A DNA stretch of 64,000 nt from a virus (taxonomy: Duplodnaviria > Caudoviricetes). A program made the position numbers and the translations under genes. This document shows positions 52,306 through 61,069 of this stretch, in pieces; position 1 is the first letter of the stretch; every line of letters starts with the position of its first letter. Location: the IMG/VR virus record IMGVR_UViG_3300042139_000023. One strand, 5' to 3'. The notes under the pieces were generated by a model. That model ran no database searches. It was not told the DNA's origin and was given only the letters and a program-made list of their open reading frames with translations.

Positions 52306-52662
52306 ATGCAGCCGACCGACCGCGTCCTCGCGGCAGCCCTGACCCCGAACGTCCCGCACGGCGCCTTCCGGCTCTACGTGATCCTCGACGCGGCCTCACG
52401 AGAGGCGGGTGCCGAGGATGAGTACTTCCCGGTGACGCTGGACGGGCTGATGCAGCTCCACCCCGGCATCGCCGGTCGCAACGCCGGAGCCACCACGATC
52501 ATCAAGCAGGTGGCGGCACTGCGCGGGGCCGGACTGCTGGAGACCCGGGCGGCCATGCACCGCAACGAGCCGAAGATGCCGGTTCTCGTGAAGCTCCTCT
52601 CGCCCCACGTCGGGCCCGAGGGCAAGACCGTCGCGGTTGCGGCCGTCGCAAACTCGCAGTAA
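52306..52662 (+). CDS. Winged-helix protein resembling replication-initiator N-terminal domains
   Basis: ATG 52306 with RBS AAGGAG; AFRLYVILD...VTLDGL...TTIIKQVAALRGAGLLET. Confidence 0.65.
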   Translation: MQPTDRVLAAALTPNVPHGAFRLYVILDAASREAGAEDEYFPVTLDGLMQLHPGIAGRNAGATTIIKQVAALRGAGLLETRAAMHRNEPKMPVLVKLLSPHVGPEGKTVAVAAVANSQ

Positions 52663-52767
52663 CCGGATACCTGCATATCGAACATTCCTGTTTCACAGGC
52701 AAGTTCCATTCGAACAGTGCGCTATCCTCCATGCGGCCCGGCTCGCCGGGTGGAAGGGAGGAAGCGC

Positions 52768-52932
52768 ATGTGCATGGACGCAGAAGGTCCACCGGAAGGG
52801 GTTGACCCCGGCCAGTGGGCTCTCGACCAGTACAGAGCATGGAGGGTCGTCACCTTCGGGGACGGCCGCACCCCGCCGGTCGGCTCGCTGGATGAGCTGA
52901 TGGCGCGGATGCGAGAAGAGCCGCCCGGCTGA
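52768..52932 (+). CDS. Small hypothetical protein
   Basis: ATG 52768 with RBS GGGAGG. Confidence 0.45.
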   Translation: MCMDAEGPPEGVDPGQWALDQYRAWRVVTFGDGRTPPVGSLDELMARMREEPPG

Positions 52933-52959
52933 CGGGCGGAATCGGAGAGGAGAAGGAAC

Positions 52960-53253
52960 GTGGCGACGAAGAGGCCCACCTACACCTGGAAGTACGTGCC
53001 GTTCACGGCGGCGGCGCCGCTCCCAGAGAAGAAGTTCCGCTCGAAGTCCACCTGCTACGCGGGCATCAACGGCGAGCGCGAGCTGATCCGTGAGGGCTCC
53101 AGCCGGATCATCCGCGTGACGGTCTACGAGTGGCAGAAGGACACCGGCCGCTGGATGACCTACGAGCGGCTGGACCTGAAGGCCGACATCGACGCCGAGA
53201 AGGCGCACCAGGAGAAGCTGGCGAACGAGGCCGCGAAGGGTGGCGAGAAGTGA
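52960..53253 (+). CDS. Hypothetical protein
   Basis: GTG with RBS GAGGAG; 97 aa. Confidence 0.7.
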   Translation: MATKRPTYTWKYVPFTAAAPLPEKKFRSKSTCYAGINGERELIREGSSRIIRVTVYEWQKDTGRWMTYERLDLKADIDAEKAHQEKLANEAAKGGEK

Positions 53254-53750
53254 AGCTCGCCGTCGCGCTGATGTCGCTCACCGAGGGATCCAACACGGTC
53301 TACGTCTCCCGCAGGGCGAGGCGTTTCCACGAGGACCCTGAGTGCCGGGCCCGTGGGGCTGGCCACATGATCTTCGCCTGCCGGTGCGGCGACCCGTACT
53401 GCGGCTGCGCCGGGGACAAGCCTCCGGCCGCCGAGGCGATCTCGATCGACCTGGCCGCGATCCGCGACCTGGAGCCCTGCGCCGTCTGTTACCCGCGCTT
53501 CCAGGAGATCGCGGTTCAGCTCGTCGCCGACGACGACTTCGGGCACCGGCCCACCGACGAGTACGGCGCGAACCGGGCCAACGTGAGCCGGAAGGTCTGC
53601 GCCCGCTGTGTCGACTGGAAGTGGGTCAAGGTCCGCAACCAGGACACCGGTTCCGACGAGTTCTACCGCATGGGCCGCCGCGTTTCCTGGCCCTGCACGA
53701 GCGCCCAGATCCTGAACATCGCACCCCGCCAAGAGGAGTGGATTTCGTGA
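53250..53750 (+). CDS. Cys-rich probable zinc-binding protein
   Basis: FHEDPEC, CRCGDPYCGC, CAVC, CARC motifs. Confidence 0.7.
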   Translation: MKLAVALMSLTEGSNTVYVSRRARRFHEDPECRARGAGHMIFACRCGDPYCGCAGDKPPAAEAISIDLAAIRDLEPCAVCYPRFQEIAVQLVADDDFGHRPTDEYGANRANVSRKVCARCVDWKWVKVRNQDTGSDEFYRMGRRVSWPCTSAQILNIAPRQEEWIS

Positions 53751-54085
53751 GGCAGTACGCGAGGGGTTACCTGGCCTTCTGCGTGAAGGTCGGCAGCCAC
53801 TTCAAGGAACTCCTGGAAGAGAAGGGCGCCCTGCGGAAGTACAACGCGGAGACCGGGGCCGACCTGGGTTACCTGGAGGCGGGCAGCTACGCCAGCCAGG
53901 AGCTGTTCATCACCACGTACTGCGAGAGCGCCGAGCCGCTGGAGCCGCACCCGGTCGACATGGCCGACTTCACCGAGGAGCAGATGGCGGTCTGGCGCGG
54001 TCAGATCCAGCGCTTCCTGCGACAGGCCGAGATCCCGCCGGTCAACGCGATCGGTTTCCGGATCATCGCGGATCTGAGCAACTGA
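53747..54085 (+). CDS. Hypothetical protein
   Basis: GTGA overlap; GC3 bias. Confidence 0.65.
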   Translation: MRQYARGYLAFCVKVGSHFKELLEEKGALRKYNAETGADLGYLEAGSYASQELFITTYCESAEPLEPHPVDMADFTEEQMAVWRGQIQRFLRQAEIPPVNAIGFRIIADLSN

Positions 54086-54492
54086 TGGCCGCGCTCGATG
54101 CAGCCGAGGTCGAAGCCGCCAGGAATGAGATCCGGGCCGCGCGCAAGATCCTCATGCGGCTGTACACCGTCTCCGGCAACGACTCGGGGATGGACTGGCA
54201 GCTCGCGGTCGAAGAAGCCGAGGACGACCGGCGCGTGGTCGGGGTGATGAACGAGCGCGGCGACATGGTCATGGGTGACTGCATGTCGGACCCGAACAAC
54301 GAGGTGACCCTGGCCGATGCGCAGCTCATCGCGCTGATGGATCCTCGGTTCGTTCGGATGGTGATCGATCTCTTCAACGCGGCACTGGAGGAGATCGACC
54401 GGTACGGCGCCTTCGAACATTTCGTGATCCACGCGAGAAGGATGGCGCAGAAGATCGTCAAGCAGTGGGAAGGAGGGGTGAGCGCACAATGA
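54085..54492 (+). CDS. Ead/Ea22-like protein
   Basis: ADAQLIALMDPRFVRMVIDL motif. Confidence 0.55.
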   Translation: MAALDAAEVEAARNEIRAARKILMRLYTVSGNDSGMDWQLAVEEAEDDRRVVGVMNERGDMVMGDCMSDPNNEVTLADAQLIALMDPRFVRMVIDLFNAALEEIDRYGAFEHFVIHARRMAQKIVKQWEGGVSAQ

Positions 54493-55007
54493 CGTCTGCA
54501 CAGTACGAAGCGGTCGGCTACTTCACGCTGGATCCACATGCCGAAATCGGCGACGGATCCGGCTACATCCCCATCGACGTGATCGCCTCGCGGGTCTACG
54601 GCAAGAAGTACAACTCCTTGCGCGGCTGCCAGAGGGACAGTCCCAACCTCTGCAACGACGCGGAGAAGGTGTACATGTTCGCCTCGGAAGATGACTTCGA
54701 GGAGGAGCTGTACGGCTTCGACCAGACCGAGATCTACCTGGGCTGGGACCGCGAGGCAGGAGAGTCGAAGGTCAAGCAGGGCATGACCCAGCTCGACTAC
54801 TGGCTGAGTATCAAGATCGCCGAGCGCCCCGAGGACGTGACGGTGGACGCCAACCCGCCGGAACACATGGACCTCGAAGGAGCCGTCTTCGAGAGCGAGT
54901 TCTTCGCCGCCCGCGCATTCACTCCATCACTGGGCGGTGTCATCGCCGATCTGATCCGGCGCGGAGAACTGCCGCGAGGGAACTACATCTACCGCCACTG
55001 GTGGTGA
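54489..55007 (+). CDS. Hypothetical acidic protein
   Basis: ATGA overlap; 172 aa. Confidence 0.7.
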   Translation: MTSAQYEAVGYFTLDPHAEIGDGSGYIPIDVIASRVYGKKYNSLRGCQRDSPNLCNDAEKVYMFASEDDFEEELYGFDQTEIYLGWDREAGESKVKQGMTQLDYWLSIKIAERPEDVTVDANPPEHMDLEGAVFESEFFAARAFTPSLGGVIADLIRRGELPRGNYIYRHWW

Positions 55008-55023
55008 GGAAGAGGGAAGGGCC

Positions 55024-55290
55024 GTGAGTGGAGAACCGCTGAAGATCGGTGACGTGATCCACGGATTCGCCCAGGGCGGATTCGGCCGGGATCACTACGA
55101 CTGCGTGAAGATCGAGGCGGCTGGCACGGACTGGATCGTCGCCCGGGATGCCGACGGAGACGTGGCGTTCGCCAGCGGCGAGCGCAGCCTGAAGCACCTC
55201 ATCATGGTCCGCGACACGGACCGGTGCCCCGAGGACGAGTGCCCGGTGGAGAAGAAGGCGACTGGCCTGACGGCCCCGGGCGGATGGTGA
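55024..55290 (+). CDS. Hypothetical protein
   Basis: RBS GAAGGG; LKIGDVIHGFAQGGFGRDHYDC motif. Confidence 0.7.
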   Translation: MSGEPLKIGDVIHGFAQGGFGRDHYDCVKIEAAGTDWIVARDADGDVAFASGERSLKHLIMVRDTDRCPEDECPVEKKATGLTAPGGW

Positions 55291-55365
55291 CATGAATATC
55301 TACGAAACGCCCAGTAAGTGCAGCAGGAAATTCGTATACCGATAACGAAGAAAAGGGATTCGATC

Positions 55366-55920
55366 ATGACGTATCAGAGGCTCACCGCCGACACCGCCAT
55401 CTCCGCACGGCAGGTCATCAATCAGGCGATCAACATGATCGACGACGCTCTGCGTGAGCGTTTCCCGGAGATGGGCTCAGCAAGTCGTCCGTTGCGCATG
55501 ACGATTCACCTTGCCGTCAAGGATCTTGACGGTGACGATCCGGAACTTGCCAGCCAGTATGCCGAGACCGGCTACAAAACGATGCAGGCGAATACCGTTC
55601 AGGAGGCTCGGGCCATCCTCGATCAGGCGCTACGCATGGTCGCTGTGGAATCGGCGGCCCGTCCCGCTTGCCGCCGGTACCGCAATGTGGAGTGCGACCG
55701 TCAGCTTCGGATTTTCGTCCACTTTGACCTTGACGATCTCGATCGCGAGGACTCGCCGCATGTGAGCGAATGTCTGCATCTTCCATACGACAGGATCCCA
55801 GCGGGCCTTCAGCCGCATAACACACACCCTGAACACCGTCTTCGTGACCGGAGGAGTGAATCCAAATCACGCGATCAGGGGCGCCTTCCCCTGCGACGTT
55901 GGTTGCTGGGCGGAAGCTGA
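55366..55920 (+). CDS. Hypothetical protein with atypical codon usage
   Basis: ATG 55366 with RBS AAAGGGA; visibly more A/T third positions. Confidence 0.5.
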   Translation: MTYQRLTADTAISARQVINQAINMIDDALRERFPEMGSASRPLRMTIHLAVKDLDGDDPELASQYAETGYKTMQANTVQEARAILDQALRMVAVESAARPACRRYRNVECDRQLRIFVHFDLDDLDREDSPHVSECLHLPYDRIPAGLQPHNTHPEHRLRDRRSESKSRDQGRLPLRRWLLGGS

Positions 55921-55962
55921 AGAAATTCAGGACCCCGAGACCGGACTGAAGAAGAGGAAATC

Positions 55963-56583
55963 ATGAGCGAGGCAACGGAAGGTCTTGGCGAAGTCCTGCT
56001 GGATGTGCTGAAGCAGGTATCACCCAAGAGCGCAAAGAAGCTCTCCGCCGAAGACGCCCAGACTGTCGTCGAAGCTGTCCTGGATGATGCGGTCGCCCAG
56101 CGGTGGATCACGGAGCAGATGGCGCAGGTCGGCATCCGGGCAGCCGAGTACCGCAACGGCACCGCGACGATGGACCTGGAGCCCGCCCGTGAAATGGTCG
56201 CGATGTGGGTCGGCGCCTGCCGGGGCCTGATCGGCGCCGGGCCGAACTACTCCGAGACGGTTCTCACCGATCGCGTGGACCACCTGGCCAACCGTGGCGA
56301 CAAGGTGGAGATGGGCGTGAAGGTGGCCGAGTCCACCGACAAGTACATCATCACGGTGCAGCGCGACGCCTTCGGCACGATGACGCCCCACGAGGCGCGC
56401 GTGAAGGCCGAGCAGCAGCGCGACGACCTGGTGAGGGCGGTCTGGAAGTGGATCGCTGACGTCAACGACGGCGCCGGATACGACACGGGTGACCTGGGCT
56501 GGACTCTGGAGAAGATGGGCTTCCCGCCACCACCCGACGAGGAGGAGCCGGACGAGGAGCGGGACTCCCGTCAGCTCCCGTAA
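55963..56583 (+). CDS. Hypothetical protein
   Basis: RBS GAGGA; 206 aa. Confidence 0.7.
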   Translation: MSEATEGLGEVLLDVLKQVSPKSAKKLSAEDAQTVVEAVLDDAVAQRWITEQMAQVGIRAAEYRNGTATMDLEPAREMVAMWVGACRGLIGAGPNYSETVLTDRVDHLANRGDKVEMGVKVAESTDKYIITVQRDAFGTMTPHEARVKAEQQRDDLVRAVWKWIADVNDGAGYDTGDLGWTLEKMGFPPPPDEEEPDEERDSRQLP

Positions 56584-56610
56584 GTACCGCAAGGCGGAGA
56601 GGAGAGAAAC

Positions 56611-57306
56611 GTGAATGTTCTGCTGAAAGGTGTCGTGGGCTCCACGGCATACGGACTGAACCACGAGAATTCCGATGTGGATTACATGGGGGTTTTCGCG
56701 GCGCCGACGAGCGAAGTTCTCGGCCTCGGAAAAGTGCAGGAGTCGGTGGTCTCGAAGGATCCCGACACGACGCTGCACGAGGCAAAGAAGTTCGTCACGC
56801 TCTGCCTGAACGGCAACCCGTCGGTTTCCGAGCTGCTGTGGCTGGACCGGTACGAGTACGTCGACAACCTGGGAGACGACCTGATCGGACTCCGGCGCTC
56901 GTTCCTGTCGGCCAAGAAGGTGCGCGACTCCTACCTCGGCTACGCCACCAGTCAGTTCGAGCGGCTGAAGAACCGGGGTGACGGCAGCTTCTCGGCCGAC
57001 ACCCGCAAGCGCACGGAGAAGCACGCCCGGCACCTGGTGCGTCTGGTCGAGCAGGGCTTCCACCTCTACCGCTCCGGCGAGCTGGTGGTGAACCTGCGCA
57101 GCAACGCCAGCGAGATCGATCCGGACTGGGTCTTTCAGGTGGGCAGCCAGATCGCAGACGACCCTTCGCGCGCCAAGAAGTACATGCGCCAGGCGGAGGT
57201 CCGGTTCGACTCGACGAAGACGGCCATCCTGGGTGAGCCCGACGTCGCTGCGGTCGAGCGCTGGCTGCTCCGGGTGCGCCGTGCCGACTGGGGGCTGTCG
57301 GGATGA
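56611..57306 (+). CDS. Pol-beta-superfamily nucleotidyltransferase (YcgL/Nuc-transf-like)
   Basis: VVGSTAYGL...SDVDYMGVF and L.GNPSV.ELLW motifs. Confidence 0.85.
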   Translation: MNVLLKGVVGSTAYGLNHENSDVDYMGVFAAPTSEVLGLGKVQESVVSKDPDTTLHEAKKFVTLCLNGNPSVSELLWLDRYEYVDNLGDDLIGLRRSFLSAKKVRDSYLGYATSQFERLKNRGDGSFSADTRKRTEKHARHLVRLVEQGFHLYRSGELVVNLRSNASEIDPDWVFQVGSQIADDPSRAKKYMRQAEVRFDSTKTAILGEPDVAAVERWLLRVRRADWGLSG

Positions 57307-57647
57307 TCATTCCTTCCCGCACCCGCTGGGAGTTCAGGCTTTCCGACGACGGCTACGTGATGGCCTTCTGGGATCCGGGCAACGAACCCTGGTTCGTCCC
57401 GGTCGCCAACATGCAGGGCAGGTTCTACGGCCCCGTCGAGCTGGACACGATGAAGAACCACAACGGCCGGAAGATCGACTGGGTGAGGTTCCTGCCCACC
57501 GACCGGGCGGCCCGCGAAGTCCTTCAGGTGGTGGCCGAATGGGCGGAAGGTGAACCCGCAGACAGTGAGGCTGTCGGCCGTCTGGCTTTCCAGCTCGGCC
57601 GCAAGGGCTACCGGATCCCGGAGCCTGGAGAGGAAGACGATGAGTGA
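57303..57647 (+). CDS. Hypothetical protein
   Basis: ATGA overlap; 114 aa. Confidence 0.65.
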   Translation: MIIPSRTRWEFRLSDDGYVMAFWDPGNEPWFVPVANMQGRFYGPVELDTMKNHNGRKIDWVRFLPTDRAAREVLQVVAEWAEGEPADSEAVGRLAFQLGRKGYRIPEPGEEDDE

Positions 57648-57891
57648 CGAGCGCGTTCGCGCCCTGGAGATCAGCCTGCGTCAGCTCCGCGTGGCCAGCG
57701 CCCTGCTGATCGACGAGTACGAGCGGATGCAGAAGACCGGCCAGTTCGAGAACCCACAGCTCGCCGCTGCGGCGCTGCACGAGGTCGACCGGATGGTCAC
57801 CTCTCTCGGCGTGGCCGGTCTGGACAAGGTCAGGTACGACGGCAGCCACGTGAACGAACTGCGGCGCCGTGGCGAGGAGGAAGAATCGTGA
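57640..57891 (+). CDS. Hypothetical protein
   Basis: ATG 57640 with RBS GAGGA. Confidence 0.65.
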   Translation: MSDERVRALEISLRQLRVASALLIDEYERMQKTGQFENPQLAAAALHEVDRMVTSLGVAGLDKVRYDGSHVNELRRRGEEEES

Positions 57892-58262
57892 GCGAGGACA
57901 AGACGACCGCCGAAGAGGACACGATCAGCGTGCCGCTCCCGGAGGTCGAGCAGGAGCCCGAGCCCGAGCAGGTGAGCGACGCCGAGCGCCTGGAGAAGCT
58001 GGCCGTCGATCTCGGTGACGTGCGTGCCGCAATGGAGTCGGTGGGACGGGCCCTGGCCGTCCTGTCGACCGAGTTCGAGCGGCTGAGCACGCTCGTGATC
58101 GGCGAGGAGGACACCATCGTCCACGCCTGCCCGCCCGAAGGGTCGGGGCTGATGCCGTGCTGCGGCCGGAGCCCGATCGACGTACCGCTCACGGAGCGCA
58201 TCTCCATGGACGGCACGGCCGTTACCTGTGTCGGAACCCGGAAGGCGCTTCCGCCGAGCTGA
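57888..58262 (+). CDS. Hypothetical protein with coiled coil and C-terminal HACPP..SGLMPCC motif
   Basis: GTGA overlap; RBS GAGGAGG. Confidence 0.65.
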   Translation: MSEDKTTAEEDTISVPLPEVEQEPEPEQVSDAERLEKLAVDLGDVRAAMESVGRALAVLSTEFERLSTLVIGEEDTIVHACPPEGSGLMPCCGRSPIDVPLTERISMDGTAVTCVGTRKALPPS

Positions 58263-58276
58263 AGGAGGTGAGCTGC

Positions 58277-58684
58277 ATGGCCAGCCATCAGAAGAACGCG
58301 TTCAGGGACTTCTCCGCGTCGCTCGGGTGTGTCGCCGTGAGCGTCCTGTTCGTGGTGGCTGGCCTGTGGCCGTTCTCCATCATCTCTCTGTATGTCGCGA
58401 CGTTCCTGCTGTGGAGCGGATGGCGGCAGAAGGCCAAGGCTGCACGTTGTGAAGCCGAAATCGAATGGTGGGCCCGAGCGAAGAAGGGGATCGAGCAGGA
58501 TCCGCTGCATCCCTGCTGCCTTCAGTTCGACGACACCGGCTACCTGCACGACGAAGCGGTATGCACTCGGTACAGGTATCGGCGGCCCAGGCCGATCACG
58601 CGCGAGGAGCGCATGGAGATCGATCGGGAATGGCAGCAGATCATTTCGCATCTGCGCGATCCCGAATACGGAGAAGAGGCGTGA
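58277..58684 (+). CDS. Membrane protein with two TM helices
   Basis: ATG 58277 with RBS AAGGAGG; hydrophobic LGCVAVSVLFVVAGLWPFSIISLYVATFLLW. Confidence 0.65.
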   Translation: MASHQKNAFRDFSASLGCVAVSVLFVVAGLWPFSIISLYVATFLLWSGWRQKAKAARCEAEIEWWARAKKGIEQDPLHPCCLQFDDTGYLHDEAVCTRYRYRRPRPITREERMEIDREWQQIISHLRDPEYGEEA

Positions 58685-59316
58685 TGCTGGAAGACCTGAA
58701 CACGGTGCATGACCTGACGGGGCAGATCGAGAGACTGCGCGCAGGAGAGGACCGCAGCGAGCCCGCTGAAGGGGTGTGTCTCACGCCCGGCCAGTGGTGG
58801 CACCGCCTCCTGGAGCTGGACCCGCAGGCCCGGCTGACCCGTCTGGAAGAACTCCTGAAGTGCGTCGACAAGGGACTCGCCTGCGAAGCCCACATGCACG
58901 AGGAGAACCTGGAAGACCTCCGGCAGCACGCCGTTCTGGTGTCGCACCGGAGCCAGCAGTGGCAGACGGCCAGAAGGCTGCTCAGCGTCTACGTCCAGAC
59001 GCTCCGCAAGGACGCTGAAGGGGACATTGGCAGGGGCCACGTGGCCGACAAGCTGGAACTGTTCCTGACGTCCGGTGAGGAGAAGGTGGACAGCCGGTGC
59101 CGCCGGGTTCTCTGCGGCCACACCTGGACGGAGGCGGGCCGCACCTTCGAATGCGCCGAGCCGGTCGGTCCCGACGGTGGCCACTTCGGCGAGCACTACG
59201 CATACGTGCGTGAGGGCTCGGCGGCCGATGAGGAGCTGAGGATGCAGTACCTGGAGGAGGAGAATCGTGAGCTTCGTGCCCGTCTGGGTCTCCCGCCGAA
59301 CCCCACCAGGACGTGA
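58684..59316 (+). CDS. Hypothetical protein
   Basis: Coupled start (TGATG); C-terminal Cys/His motif. Confidence 0.65.
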   Translation: MLEDLNTVHDLTGQIERLRAGEDRSEPAEGVCLTPGQWWHRLLELDPQARLTRLEELLKCVDKGLACEAHMHEENLEDLRQHAVLVSHRSQQWQTARRLLSVYVQTLRKDAEGDIGRGHVADKLELFLTSGEEKVDSRCRRVLCGHTWTEAGRTFECAEPVGPDGGHFGEHYAYVREGSAADEELRMQYLEEENRELRARLGLPPNPTRT

Positions 59317-59569
59317 ACCCGCGCTGGACCGTCTGACCGAACTGTGGTGGGCGGTGTTCCGCTGGCCGGAGAGTGAGCGGGAGGCGGCCCGGCGCGACGT
59401 CAACCAGCAGCAGCGCGAGAGGGAAGCGCGCAATGGGTGAACACGCCGCACCCCGGACGTACGGAGTGCGCTCCGTATGGAGCAAGCTGATGCGCTGCCT
59501 CCGGTGGCGCACGGCGAAAGAGCTTTCAGAGAGGTGGGGCGGCTGGCGCCGCTCCTGAGAAAGGAAGAC

Positions 59570-59779
59570 GTGGAGAGCTTTACGGCGCAGGGGCGCTGGA
59601 ACGATCAAGGCAAGAAGTGGGTCGTCTCGGTGGACAACCCGCCGCACTTCGGGGCGGCAACCGCAGAAGGGCACAGCAGGACCGAGGCGAAGGACGGCAT
59701 CACAGACCTGCTCGCCATGCTGCTGGGTCACCGCAACTTCAACGTGCAGGTGTCGTTCGAGGAGGAGCTTCGTGGCTGA
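59570..59779 (+). CDS. HicB-antitoxin-like small protein
   Basis: GTG 59570 with RBS AAAGGA; GKKWVVSVDNPP...AEGHSRTEAKDGITDLLAMLL beta-beta-beta-alpha pattern. Confidence 0.5.
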   Translation: MESFTAQGRWNDQGKKWVVSVDNPPHFGAATAEGHSRTEAKDGITDLLAMLLGHRNFNVQVSFEEELRG

Positions 59780-60200
59780 CGTCAGAGATCCCGAGAGGGA
59801 TCAGCCCGCACCCAAGCCGGGCAAGCTGCCGGTGCAGGAGATCATGATCCTGGCGATTCAGGAGCGCCGCGCCTACGGCAAGAGGAAGTACGGCCGGATC
59901 CTGGAGACCGACAACGGTCGCGACGCCCTGAAGGACGCCTGGGAAGAATCCCTCGATCTGTTCACGTATCTCACCCAGGCCCGCCTGGAGCGAGGGGATC
60001 ACATCGAGGGTATGGAGAACCTGGCCGGATCGCCCGAGCTGGAGTTCGACCCGGACCAGGGTCTGGCTGAACAGCGCGTCGCCTCCGACGTGAGGGCGCT
60101 CATCCCGGAGAACTGCACCCTGTGCAGGCATGAACCCCACGTACCGGGCCGCTGCCGGTTCCGGGCGCCTGGTCGGCCGGAGTGCATCTGCGGACTGTGA
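59772..60200 (+). CDS. Phage protein resembling all-alpha (MazG-like) NTP pyrophosphatases
   Basis: ERRAYGKRKYG..L.TDNGRDAL.DAWEE.LD...Y motif. Confidence 0.5.
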   Translation: MADVRDPERDQPAPKPGKLPVQEIMILAIQERRAYGKRKYGRILETDNGRDALKDAWEESLDLFTYLTQARLERGDHIEGMENLAGSPELEFDPDQGLAEQRVASDVRALIPENCTLCRHEPHVPGRCRFRAPGRPECICGL

Positions 60201-60207
60201 GCATGCC

Positions 60208-60240
60208 GAAGGCCCGGCCCCTCGGGGGAGCCGGGCCTTC
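60208..60240. terminator. Bidirectional terminator between convergent blocks
   Basis: GAAGGCCCGGC / GCCGGGCCTTC stem. Confidence 0.75.
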
Positions 60241-60253
60241 GGTGTCTTCCGGG

Positions 60254-61069
60254 TCAGGCGGTGAACGGAACCGTCACGGCCTGGCTGCCGCCACGGGTGG
60301 CGTTGTCGTCGTCGGTGACCACGAGGGTGTAGTCGCCCGGCGCCGTGTAGACGTGGGTGACCGGCGTGCCGTCGCCCGGGTTGGCCAGGACGCCACTGCC
60401 GTCGCCCGGATCCACGGAGACCGCGCCCTCGCCCTTGTTGTCGACGGTGACGGTGACCGTCATGCGAGAGGCGTCGGAGGTGTCCTCGGTGACGGTGAGC
60501 GCCAGCGGGTCGGGCTGCGGGTCCTGCTCCGGAACGGCCGGACCGGCGTTGATCTGGACGGTCGCGGTCCCGGCGGGAACCACGTCCACGGCCAGGGTCG
60601 CCTCCAGCGGGGGCTCGACGTCGGTGACGCGTACGGTCAGCACGGTGCTGCCCGGGGCGCCGGAGATGACCCAGCCCTTCTGGTCGTCGCCCGCGTCGAG
60701 CTGGACGGTCGCGATCGTCTCGTCGGCCACCGACCACTCCACGGTGGCGTCGGTCGGGTAGCCCGCCGCGTCCCGGGTGTCGATCGCGACGCTGAACTTC
60801 TCGCCAGTGTTGATCTGCACGGTTTCTCCCTCTTCGGCAGTGTGCTTCGGCCAGGTCACGTCGGAGTCTTCGCCGACCGCTGGGCCGACTCTGAGGATGA
60901 GCCGGGTTACGCCAACGAGCCAGCCGTAGAAGCGGTTCGCCCTCTCCAGCATCACCTGCGTCGCCGCGTCGGTGTACTCACCCGGCTCCGGCAGGGTGGT
61001 GGCGAAGGTGCCCGCCGCTTCCCGGAGAGCTGCGATCCTGAGATCCCGCGTCTCGTCGGGTGTTGCCAC
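60254..61069 (-). CDS. Putative virion accessory protein with Ig-like and PKD-like domains
   Basis: GTG 61069 with RBS AAGGAG; VEWSVADETIATV (Big_2-like) and DPGDGS...THVYTAPGDYTLVVTD (PKD-like). Confidence 0.75.
   Translation of the reverse strand: MATPDETRDLRIAALREAAGTFATTLPEPGEYTDAATQVMLERANRFYGWLVGVTRLILRVGPAVGEDSDVTWPKHTAEEGETVQINTGEKFSVAIDTRDAAGYPTDATVEWSVADETIATVQLDAGDDQKGWVISGAPGSTVLTVRVTDVEPPLEATLAVDVVPAGTATVQINAGPAVPEQDPQPDPLALTVTEDTSDASRMTVTVTVDNKGEGAVSVDPGDGSGVLANPGDGTPVTHVYTAPGDYTLVVTDDDNATRGGSQAVTVPFTA

Noticed and set aside
59267-59558. Two possible tiny ORFs (59267-59440 and 59433-59558)
   Set aside because: The first has an RBS but overlaps the upstream gene by 50 nt; neither has recognisable motifs, so support is too weak to list
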